The notes under the pieces were generated by a model. It was not told the DNA's origin, searched no databases, and was given only the letters and a program-made list of their open reading frames with translations. Positions 1 through 6,903 of a DNA stretch of 36,205 bases are shown here, in pieces. The stretch comes from Gemmatimonadota bacterium. GTDB lineage: Bacteria > Gemmatimonadota > Gemmatimonadetes > Longimicrobiales > RSA9. How positions within the stretch are numbered: the first letter of the stretch is position 1; the number at the start of each line of letters is the position of its first letter. The stretch is taken from the NCBI GenBank assembly GCA_016207445.1, contig JACQPS010000088.1, positions 1-36,205 of the forward strand, written 5' to 3'. Both the position numbers and the translations under genes were made by a program.

Positions 1-165
1 ACCGACCCGCATCACCACGCGCGCTGCCTCTCGTGCGGCACCGTGCGGGACATCCCCGGCCGCCTGGACAGTCGGGAGTTCCAGCGCCTTGGCACGGTCC
101 CCGGTTTTGCGGTCGAGACATACCATCTGGAGCTGGTTGGATATTGCGAGCGCTGCCGGCCGTAG
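1..165 (+). CDS. Fur-family metalloregulator, C-terminal fragment (5' end outside window)
   Basis: Frame +1 from base 1 reads TDPHHHARCLSCGTVRDIPGRLDSREFQRLGTVPGFAVETYHLELVGYCERCRP, then TAG at 163-165. HHH-x2-C-x2-C plus a terminal C-x2-C is the Fur/Zur/PerR metal-site pattern. Not in the ORF track because there is no start codon in the window. Confidence 0.75.
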   Translation, partial: TDPHHHARCLSCGTVRDIPGRLDSREFQRLGTVPGFAVETYHLELVGYCERCRP

Positions 166-189
166 CGCCGGTCGCGGGAGACGACGAGG

Positions 190-220
190 GCCGCGGATCG
201 TTCCGCGGCTTTTCTTTTTT
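190..220 (+). terminator. Rho-independent terminator after the Fur-family gene
   Basis: GCCGCGGA-tcgt-TCCGCGGC stem-loop followed directly by TTTTCTTTTTT. Confidence 0.7.
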
Positions 221-231
221 CCGGAAGTCTC

Positions 232-376
232 GGGGGTCAGGGTTCAGGGGTCAGGGATCAGCGTGGCGCACCCAAGCTGAAGCTGGCCCTAATCCCGACC
301 CCTGGCGCCTGATCCTGACCCCAGGCCCCTGATCCCGGACCCCTGACCCCTGGCCGCTGATCCCTGACCCCTGGCC
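232..376. repeat. TCAGGGN-heptamer palindromic element, copy A
   Basis: Left arm is G-rich heptamers (tcggggg tcagggt tcagggg tcaggga tcagcg). The right side is a longer run of complementary CTGACCC/CTGATCC-type units. 245-263 (caggggtcagggatcagcg) is the exact reverse complement of 355-373. It lies between the convergent stops of the Fur gene and trkH. A related copy sits at 16658-16724. Confidence 0.8.
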
Positions 377-381
377 ATGCC

Positions 382-1794
382 TTACCCCACCACCACATCC
401 TCAGTCGCATACCGCAGCCGCACCACCCTGCGCTCCGCCGCAACCGCCATAGAAGCGACGAGCGTCAAGGGCCCGACGCGGCCCACGAACATGAGCATCG
501 CCAGGATCACCCTGCCCGCGGCGCTCAGGTCCGGCGTAATCCCCATCGAGAGGCCGACCGTGTTGAAGGCGCTGGCCGCCTCGAAGGCGAGCTGGAGGAA
601 ACGCCCCTGCGCCTGGCTGTGCGGCAGCGATCCGACCTCGGTGATCTGGAGGATCAGCAGCGCTGCATTCACCAGCACCAGGACGAAGACGGCGAGCCCG
701 ATGGCGCGCTGAATCGTGCCTTCCGGGATGGTCCGGCGGAACGCGCTGGTCGCGACGCGGCCGCGCAGCCGCGCCAGGGCGAGCGCGACCAGCAGCGCGA
801 CCGTCGTGGTCTTGAGCCCGCCCGCAGTCGAGCCGGGCGAGCCGCCGATGATCATCAGGATCATCGTGAGCAGGAGCGAGGCATTCGTGAGCTCCGCGTA
901 ACCGACCGTATTGAATCCCGCGGTTCGCGGCGTGATGCTCAGGAACAGGGCGTGCACGGGCCGCAGCGCCGCTGGAAAAGCCGCCAGCGTGTTGGTCCAC
1001 TCCAGGGCAGCGAAGAGCAGAGCGCCGCCAGCCACCAGGATCAGCGTGGCGACGAGGACGAGCCGCGTGTGCAGCGACACGCGGACGCCGCCGCGCCCCC
1101 AGCGCCAGAGGTGTAGCTCCTCCAGCACGAGAAACCCGAGCCCGCCCAGCACGATCAATCCCATCATGATGACCAGCCCGAGCGCATCGCCCGACACGCG
1201 CACCAGGCTCTCGCTGAAGACGCTGAAGCCGGCGTTGCAGAACGCGCTGATCGCATGGAAGAGGGCGGGCCAGAGCGCGTCCAGCGCACTGAAGCGGGGC
1301 GTCCAGGCCAGCCAGAGCAGGAAGGCGCCGACGAGCTCGATGGCCAGCGTGTAGCCGATGATCCCGCGGATGAGCTGCCCTGCCTTGATGTGCGGCAGGG
1401 CCGCGCTCGCCCCCACGACCGCCTCCGCGCGCAGCGTGAGAGGCCGGCCCAGCATCAGGATGACCAGGGTCGTCAGGGTCAGGATGCCGAGGCCGCCCAG
1501 CTGGATGAGAAGCAGCAGGACCGCCTGGCCGAGCGGCGTGAAATACGTGGCCGTGTCCACGACGACGAGGCCGGTGACGCAGACGGCGCTCGTGGCGGTG
1601 AAGAGCGCGTCCACGAACGAGAGCCGCTCGCCCGTATACAGCCCCGGCAGCGCCAGCAGCAGGGTCGTGCCGAACGTGACGAGGACGAGGAAGCTGGCGA
1701 CCAGGAGCTGAGCGGCGGTGAGACGGCGCCAGATCGAGAGGGAGCGGGCGGCCTCTCGCTCCAGCGCCTCCAGGATTTCACCCGGAGAGGGCAT
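382..1794 (-). CDS. trkH: TrkH/KtrB-family potassium uptake membrane protein
   Basis: 470 aa polytopic protein with repeated pore-loop-like motifs (VCVTGL, CNAGFS, TAGFNTVG, STAGGLKTTT, AFNTVGLS) typical of the Trk/Ktr/HKT superfamily. ATG at 1794, TAA at 382-384. Confidence 0.85.
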   Translation of the reverse strand: MPSPGEILEALEREAARSLSIWRRLTAAQLLVASFLVLVTFGTTLLLALPGLYTGERLSFVDALFTATSAVCVTGLVVVDTATYFTPLGQAVLLLLIQLGGLGILTLTTLVILMLGRPLTLRAEAVVGASAALPHIKAGQLIRGIIGYTLAIELVGAFLLWLAWTPRFSALDALWPALFHAISAFCNAGFSVFSESLVRVSGDALGLVIMMGLIVLGGLGFLVLEELHLWRWGRGGVRVSLHTRLVLVATLILVAGGALLFAALEWTNTLAAFPAALRPVHALFLSITPRTAGFNTVGYAELTNASLLLTMILMIIGGSPGSTAGGLKTTTVALLVALALARLRGRVATSAFRRTIPEGTIQRAIGLAVFVLVLVNAALLILQITEVGSLPHSQAQGRFLQLAFEAASAFNTVGLSMGITPDLSAAGRVILAMLMFVGRVGPLTLVASMAVAAERRVVRLRYATEDVVVG

Positions 1795-2641
1795 CGAGAC
1801 CGAGGAACGCGCGGATCTGCTGCTCCAGGGAAGCGATGTCCGCGCCCGTGTTCTTGCACGGGCCCTCGGGAAGCGAGAGCGTGGTCCCGAGCACGGGCAG
1901 CTTGCCGGCGACGTCGTGCACCCCGCTCACCAGGTCGCGCTCGCAGGCCACGGCCACCACCGCGCGTGGGCGCGTGCGCGCGATCATCTCCCGCGCGTAG
2001 CGCCCGCGCGACGCCACGAAGAGCGGCACCCCGTAGCGGCCGGACAGCTCCATCGCTCGCTGCATGCTGTCCTTGTCCAGACAGCGCGGCAGCAGGACCA
2101 AGAGCTGGTCCGGACGGACGCCGGGCCGTGCGCGCGCCGCCGCGAGGCGGTTGTAGACGCGCAGCGCCGCATTGCCCGCGCGGTCCCGCGAGATGCCGAA
2201 CCAGCGGCAGGAGGCCTCCACCAGGGGAAGCGCCCGGGCGAGCAGCCCGCGCTCCGCCAGACGCGCGGGCAGACGGTTCCGCGCCGTGGCCAACGAGAGT
2301 CCGAGCGCGCCCATCCACACACCGATCATGAGCACGGAGCTGCCCAGGACGCTGCCCAATACTGCCGGCAGCGGCGCCCAGAACTGGCCGAGCCGCGGCG
2401 AGGTGAGCCAGAGCAGCATCCCCACGGCAACTGCGATGGCGCCGAACCAGGCGCCCAACAGCAGGAAAAACAGACGCGGCGATTCCTGATAGATGCCCTC
2501 ATTCGGGAGCGGTTCGCCGTCCCAGTCGTCCCACTCGTGGCCCAGTCGGCGATCCGACCGGAGCTGCAGGATCTGCGGGCCCGTAGGCTCGCATCCCACA
2601 TGGGGATCGGGCGCGTGCGCCGCCACCGTCTCGTGCGACAT
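1778..2641 (-). CDS. DUF116-family membrane protein
   Basis: N-terminal TM helices, then LLVLLPRCL...PLFVASRG...AVVAVACERDL...LPEGPCKNTG, which resembles the DUF116 C-terminal domain. Start placed at ATG 2641 rather than the ORF-track 2980, because a TTGACG-17-TATCCT promoter ends 7 nt upstream of it. Stop TGA at 1778-1780 overlaps the trkH start by 17 nt. Confidence 0.65.
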   Translation of the reverse strand: MSHETVAAHAPDPHVGCEPTGPQILQLRSDRRLGHEWDDWDGEPLPNEGIYQESPRLFFLLLGAWFGAIAVAVGMLLWLTSPRLGQFWAPLPAVLGSVLGSSVLMIGVWMGALGLSLATARNRLPARLAERGLLARALPLVEASCRWFGISRDRAGNAALRVYNRLAAARARPGVRPDQLLVLLPRCLDKDSMQRAMELSGRYGVPLFVASRGRYAREMIARTRPRAVVAVACERDLVSGVHDVAGKLPVLGTTLSLPEGPCKNTGADIASLEQQIRAFLGLDALSG

Positions 2642-2648
2642 GCCCGGC

Positions 2649-2677
2649 AGGATACCCTCCCCCCCGCAGAGCGTCAA
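2649..2677 (-). promoter_or_regulatory. Sigma-70-like promoter abutting the DUF116 ATG (candidate leaderless transcript)
   Basis: Minus strand reads TTGACG (2677-2672), 17 nt, TATCCT (2654-2649), 7 nt (gccgggc), ATG (2641). No Shine-Dalgarno sequence is possible in that space. Confidence 0.45.
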
Positions 2678-2872
2678 GCGACTGCCCTCGAGGAAGTCGG
2701 GCGGTGCGGCGTGTCCGCCTCCCGGGCAACCGAGCGACCGCCCCCTGCTCCGGCTGTCGTGCGGATGCGCCCGAGCAGTGCAACCGAGCATTTTTGCGTG
2801 GACAGTTTGCCCGATTTCGCGGGTATTTCGTGGCGGCGTGCGCAGCGAGCCGGCCGGCCGTGCAACAAGCCG

Positions 2873-2902
2873 TTGACACCGCGGGTACTCCTCTGCTAGG
2901 CT
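2873..2902 (+). promoter_or_regulatory. Sigma-70-like promoter for glnA
   Basis: TTGACA (2873-2878), 18-nt spacer, TGC-TAGGCT extended -10 (2894-2902). This predicts a leader of about 60 nt ending in GGACGGAG, 5 nt before ATG 2971. Confidence 0.45.
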
Positions 2903-2970
2903 GGGCGGACCTTCCAACTGGCCAGGAAACCTCGGCCTGGGGACCCCCTCTGATTCAGGACGGAGCAACG

Positions 2971-4419
2971 ATGCCGACACGGACCCGGGAAAAGGTCGCG
3001 CTGGACGAGCGGCGCAAGTCCACTACCACGGAGCTGGTGCCGCGGCACCGCGTGAGGCCGCAGCCGACCGGCGTACGCGTCCCGCGCACGACCGGCGCCA
3101 CCAGGAAGGACCTGCTGGAGCTGATGAAGACAGAGAGCGTACGCTTCCTGCGGCTGCAGTTCACGGACATCACCGGCGCGATCAAGAACGTGGAGGTCCC
3201 CGAGAGCCAGTTCGACAAGGCGCTGGCCGGCGACATCATGTTCGACGGCTCGTCGATCGAGGGGTTCGTGCGCATCGAGGAATCCGACATGATCCTCAGG
3301 CCGGACACGAGCACGTTCGCAATCTTCCCGTGGGGCGATCAGGACAATCGGGTGGCCCGGCTCATCTGCGACGTGTACACGTCCGACGAGAAGACGTTCG
3401 AGGGGGATCCGCGCCGGGTACTGAAGCGGCAGATCGACGCGGCCGCGGCCATGGGCTATCAGATGATGGCCGGCGTGGAAGCGGAGTTCTTTCTCTTTCA
3501 CCGCTCCCCGGACGGCACGCCCACGCGCCTCACGCACGATGCCGGCGGTTACTTCGACCTGATGCCGGTGGACCTGGGCGAGATCGCGCGCCGCGATATC
3601 GTGAACGTGCTGGAGATGATGCATTTCGAGGTGGAGGCCGGACACCACGAGGTGGCCCCCGGACAGCACGAGATCGATTTCGGCTACGAGGATGCGCTGA
3701 CCACCGCGGACCAGCTCGCGACCTTCAAGTTCGTGGTCCGCAATGTGGCCATGCAGCACGGGCTGCACGCCACGTTCATGCCCAAGCCGATCTTCGGGCA
3801 GAACGGCTCGGGCATGCACACGCACCAGTCGCTTTTCCGTGACGGCCAGAACGCGTTCTTCGAGCCGAACGCCCCCGACCAGATCTCGAAGGTCATGCGC
3901 TGGTACGTGGGCGGGCTGCTCTCCCACGCGCGCAGCTTCTGCGCGGTGACGAACCCCCTGGTGAACAGCTACAAGCGTCTGGTGCCGGGCTACGAGGCGC
4001 CCGTGAACGTCGCCTGGTCGCACCAGAACCGTTCCCCGCTGATCCGCATTCCGGCGCGGCGCGGCAAGGGCACGCGACTCGAGCTGCGCATGCCCGACCC
4101 CGCCGCGAACCCCTACCTCGCCCTCGCGGTCCAGCTGGCCGCCGGACTGGATGGGATCAGGAACCGGATCGTGCCGCCCGAGCCAGTAGACAAGAACATC
4201 TTCACCCTGTCGGTGCGCGACCGGCGCAAGTACAAGATCCAGGAGCTGCCCCGGGATCTGGGCGAGGCGCTCGATCTGCTGAAGCGGAGCCGGCTCTTGC
4301 GGGACGTGCTCGGCGAGCACGTGTTCGAGCATCTGGTCGCGGCAGGGGAGCAGGAGTGGCACGAATACATCGCCCAGGTGCACGACTGGGAGATCGAGCG
4401 GTACCTGGCGGTGCACTGA
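2971..4419 (+). CDS. glnA: Glutamine synthetase, type I (alpha subtype, Bacillus GlnA-like)
   Basis: Near-colinear with GSI motifs: RLQFTD, MFDGSSIEGFVRIEESDM, HHEVAPGQHEIDF, HATFMPKPIFGQNGSGMHTHQS, NSYKRLVPGYEAP, NRSPLIRIP, DPAANPYLA. ATG 2971 has a strong SD. This leaves a basic N-terminal extension of about 40 aa relative to Bacillus GlnA, so the start is somewhat uncertain. Confidence 0.92.
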   Translation: MPTRTREKVALDERRKSTTTELVPRHRVRPQPTGVRVPRTTGATRKDLLELMKTESVRFLRLQFTDITGAIKNVEVPESQFDKALAGDIMFDGSSIEGFVRIEESDMILRPDTSTFAIFPWGDQDNRVARLICDVYTSDEKTFEGDPRRVLKRQIDAAAAMGYQMMAGVEAEFFLFHRSPDGTPTRLTHDAGGYFDLMPVDLGEIARRDIVNVLEMMHFEVEAGHHEVAPGQHEIDFGYEDALTTADQLATFKFVVRNVAMQHGLHATFMPKPIFGQNGSGMHTHQSLFRDGQNAFFEPNAPDQISKVMRWYVGGLLSHARSFCAVTNPLVNSYKRLVPGYEAPVNVAWSHQNRSPLIRIPARRGKGTRLELRMPDPAANPYLALAVQLAAGLDGIRNRIVPPEPVDKNIFTLSVRDRRKYKIQELPRDLGEALDLLKRSRLLRDVLGEHVFEHLVAAGEQEWHEYIAQVHDWEIERYLAVH

Positions 4420-4429
4420 CCCGCAAGGT

Positions 4430-5569
4430 CTACGCTGCCGGCGGAGTCCTCGGAAAGCTCAGGAGGACGCGCGTGCCCCGTTCGCTCGGCAGCCGCTCTA
4501 CCTGGCCGCCCAGCTCGCCGCGCACCAGGGCCTCGACGATCGAGCGTCCGCTGCCGAGCACGCCGCTGCGTTCGCCGGGTTGGCTGCCGATGCCGTCGTC
4601 GCTCACCTCGATCCGCATCTCCTCCCGCTCCTCCGCGAGGTGGATACGCACGCAGCCCGGGCGGTTGTCCGGGAAGGCGTGGCGCAACGAGTTGCTGATC
4701 AGCTCATTGAGCGCGAGCGCAAGGGCGAAGCCCTGCCGCTCGTCCAGCCCGGGGACGCTGCCCGTGATCTCGAGCTCGACGCGTTCGTCCAGACCCATGC
4801 TGTTGCGGAGCCGCTGCGCCATTTTTTCGGCGATCTCGCGCAGGGGCACCGTGCGGTAGTTCATGCGCCGGAGCGCTTCCAGCACCATCAGGAACGAGCG
4901 CAGCCGGCTCTCGAGACTGGCCAGCGCCTCACCGACCGGGCGCGGCGGCCGCCGGTTCCGCTCCATGTTGACCAGCCCCATGATCACCGAGAGGTTGTTG
5001 CGCACGCGGTGGTCGAGCTCGCGCAACAGGTGCGACCGTTCCTCGGCATCGCGACGAGCCTGGTCGTACAGCGTGTAGTTCTGATCGGCGAGCGCGGAGA
5101 GCTGGCGGTTGGCGTCCTGGAGGGCACGCTCGGCGCGGTGCACGCGCAGACGCGACTCGATGCGCGCGGTCAGCTCGGCGGCATGAAACGGCTTGGCCAC
5201 GTAGTCGTCCGCACCCGCCTCGAAGGTGCGCACCACGTCGTCGGGCGCCGTGCGCGCGGTCACCATGACCACCGGCAGCAGCGGGTCGTACTTTTCTTTG
5301 ATCTCGCGGCAGATCGACCAGCCGTCGCGACCGGGCAGCATGGCGTCGAGCAACACCAGGTCCACGGCGTCGAGCCACTGGAAGGCGTCTTCGCCGCGCG
5401 CCACTGCGATCACGCCGAAGCCGCGCGCCTGGAGCAGGTCGGCAAACATCTGCAGCGCCATGGGCTCGTCGTCTACCACCAGGATGGTCGCAGTGGTAGG
5501 CGGCCGCTCGCCTGCGGCGGCGTTACCGGGCGAACTGGGGTCGACGGCGTCGAGCGTCTTAATCTGCAT
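4430..5569 (-). CDS. Hybrid sensor kinase: N-terminal receiver (REC) + HisKA_2-type H-box + HATPase_c, no sensor domain
   Basis: REC motifs ILVVDDEP, LVLLDAMLPGRDG, VVMVTA, DDYVAKP. Coiled linker, then H-box LDHRVRNNLSVIMGL (HisKA_2-like). ATPase boxes NELISNSLRHAF, DDGIG, GSGRSIV. Confidence 0.85.
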   Translation of the reverse strand: MQIKTLDAVDPSSPGNAAAGERPPTTATILVVDDEPMALQMFADLLQARGFGVIAVARGEDAFQWLDAVDLVLLDAMLPGRDGWSICREIKEKYDPLLPVVMVTARTAPDDVVRTFEAGADDYVAKPFHAAELTARIESRLRVHRAERALQDANRQLSALADQNYTLYDQARRDAEERSHLLRELDHRVRNNLSVIMGLVNMERNRRPPRPVGEALASLESRLRSFLMVLEALRRMNYRTVPLREIAEKMAQRLRNSMGLDERVELEITGSVPGLDERQGFALALALNELISNSLRHAFPDNRPGCVRIHLAEEREEMRIEVSDDGIGSQPGERSGVLGSGRSIVEALVRGELGGQVERLPSERGTRVLLSFPRTPPAA

Positions 5570-5636
5570 GAAATCGGGGTCGGTGCGGACGCACGAGGCC
5601 GCCGACCGCGCGGCGTCGGGCGCTCCGCTTCCGCCG

Positions 5637-6227
5637 CTACTCCTTCTGGAGCAGAGGCGCGGCCAGCAGGATCTTTCGGGCCAGCTCCACCATGGGCGTG
5701 TTCTTGTCCTGGCTCGTCTTCTGGAGGAAGCGATACGCCTCGCGCTCGGATAGGCCCCGGCTATCCATCAGCAACCCCTTGGCCCGCTCGATCAGCTTGC
5801 GCTCCTCGAGCTTGAGCTCGAGCAAGTCGCGCTGACGTTTAGCATCCAGCCACTCCTCGAAGCGCGCCCGGGTGACGGCGATCGCCGGCGCGAGATCATC
5901 CGGGTCGACCGGCTTCACCAGGTAGTGGAAGACGGGCGCGCGAATGGCTTCGTCCACCGTGCGCTCGTCGCTGTAGGCGGAAAGAATAATGATCGGGATC
6001 GGGCGCTCCGCCGTCATCTGCGCCGCGGCTTCGGGCCCGGTCATCATGGGCATGCGGATGTCGAGGATCGCCAGGTCCGGCTTGGTCTCGCGCGCCAGTT
6101 CCACGGCCTCCTTCCCGTTTGCGGCCGTGGCGACCACGTGGTGGCCCAACTGCTCCAGCTGACTCGTGAGTGCCAGGTTGTGCAGCGCTTCGTCGTCAGC
6201 GATCAGGACCCGCAGCGATTCCGCCAT
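5637..6227 (-). CDS. Response regulator with ANTAR RNA-binding output domain (PdtaR/AmiR-like)
   Basis: REC (RVLIADDE, LAILDIRMP, IIILSA, YLVKP) followed by an ANTAR-like C-terminus (LEERKLIERAKGLLMDSRGLSEREAYRFLQKTSQDKNTPMVELARKIL). ATG 6227 is preceded by GGAGGA with a 7-nt spacer. The ORF-track start at 6440 is rejected. Confidence 0.88.
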   Translation of the reverse strand: MAESLRVLIADDEALHNLALTSQLEQLGHHVVATAANGKEAVELARETKPDLAILDIRMPMMTGPEAAAQMTAERPIPIIILSAYSDERTVDEAIRAPVFHYLVKPVDPDDLAPAIAVTRARFEEWLDAKRQRDLLELKLEERKLIERAKGLLMDSRGLSEREAYRFLQKTSQDKNTPMVELARKILLAAPLLQKE

Positions 6228-6390
6228 CTTTGCATCCTCCGTCCCGCGGACTGCCGGCAGCACGCGCACGCGCAACGCGTCCGCGCCCCAAAAGACGAGC
6301 GCCCCGCCCGATCGGCGAGGCGCGTCGTGACCTCGGAACCGCCAAACTGGGGGCGCCGCGGACCGGACGCAAGAGGGTCGCCTCGCGCGC

Positions 6391-6762
6391 TCACCCCTCC
6401 AGCAGCACGTTTGCGATCGCGAGCTCGCGCGTGTGGGCAAGGCTCAGGTGCATGCGCCGCACTCCCAGCCGGCGCGCGTTCTCACTCGCGATCCCCGACA
6501 GGTGCAGCCAGGGCTCACCGCTCGGCGCCCGCACGACCTCCACGTCCGTCCACGTCCCGGTCGATCCCGTGCCCAGCGCCTTGTACAGCGCTTCCTTGGC
6601 CGCAAAGCGCGCCGCCAGCGACGGCACGGGATCGGCCAGCCGCAGACAATACTGCAGCTCCCCGGCCGTGAAGAGGCGCCGGAGGCCGCGCTCGCCGCGC
6701 CGCGCCCGGAAGCGCGCGAAACGCGCCACCGAAACCAGGTCCACACCGACCCCGAGCACCAT
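6391..6762 (-). CDS. acpS: Holo-[acyl-carrier-protein] synthase (4'-phosphopantetheinyl transferase)
   Basis: 123 aa: GVGVDLVSVARF...FTAGELQYC...ARFAAKEALYKALGTG...DVEV...HLSLAHTRELAIANVLLE, the AcpS pattern. It is the only credible part of the 786-aa ORF 6391..8751. TATATT lies 9 nt upstream of the ATG. Confidence 0.85.
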   Translation of the reverse strand: MVLGVGVDLVSVARFARFRARRGERGLRRLFTAGELQYCLRLADPVPSLAARFAAKEALYKALGTGSTGTWTDVEVVRAPSGEPWLHLSGIASENARRLGVRRMHLSLAHTRELAIANVLLEG

Positions 6763-6903
6763 GGGGCCGGCAATATACGCGGCCAGGGCCCGCGCCGCAC
6801 GCCAACCTGGTCCCGCTCTTGCACCTCCATGCCGCCGGCACCATACTTTCGCGCTTTCTTCGGTTGGAAAAGCGCGGCAGAAACACGCGATAACGAAGCG
6901 AGA

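Noticed and set aside
286-300. Telomere-like CCCTAA unit inside repeat copy A
   Set aside because: It is a single occurrence within a degenerate CTGACCC/CTGATCC heptamer series, not a telomeric array.
33-443. Short ORFs 33..332, 89..280 and 258..443 over the repeat region
   Set aside because: They are translated from terminator and heptamer-repeat DNA, have no RBS, and overlap the real Fur-family 3' end.
2903-2970. ANTAR dual-hexaloop target or glutamine riboswitch in the glnA leader
   Set aside because: Only one weak CCAGG/CCTGG hairpin with a 9-nt loop is present. There is no pair of hexaloop hairpins, no terminator and no recognisable glnA-motif structure.
1778-2980. Full 400-aa version of the DUF116 ORF starting at 2980
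   Set aside because: The first 113 codons would cover the glnA promoter and start region. They are Arg/Pro-rich and lie upstream of a well-formed promoter that abuts ATG 2641.
2896-4416. 506-aa minus-strand ORF opposite glnA
   Set aside because: The plus-strand frame is an unmistakable glutamine synthetase. The antisense frame is the usual stop-poor shadow ORF of high-GC DNA.
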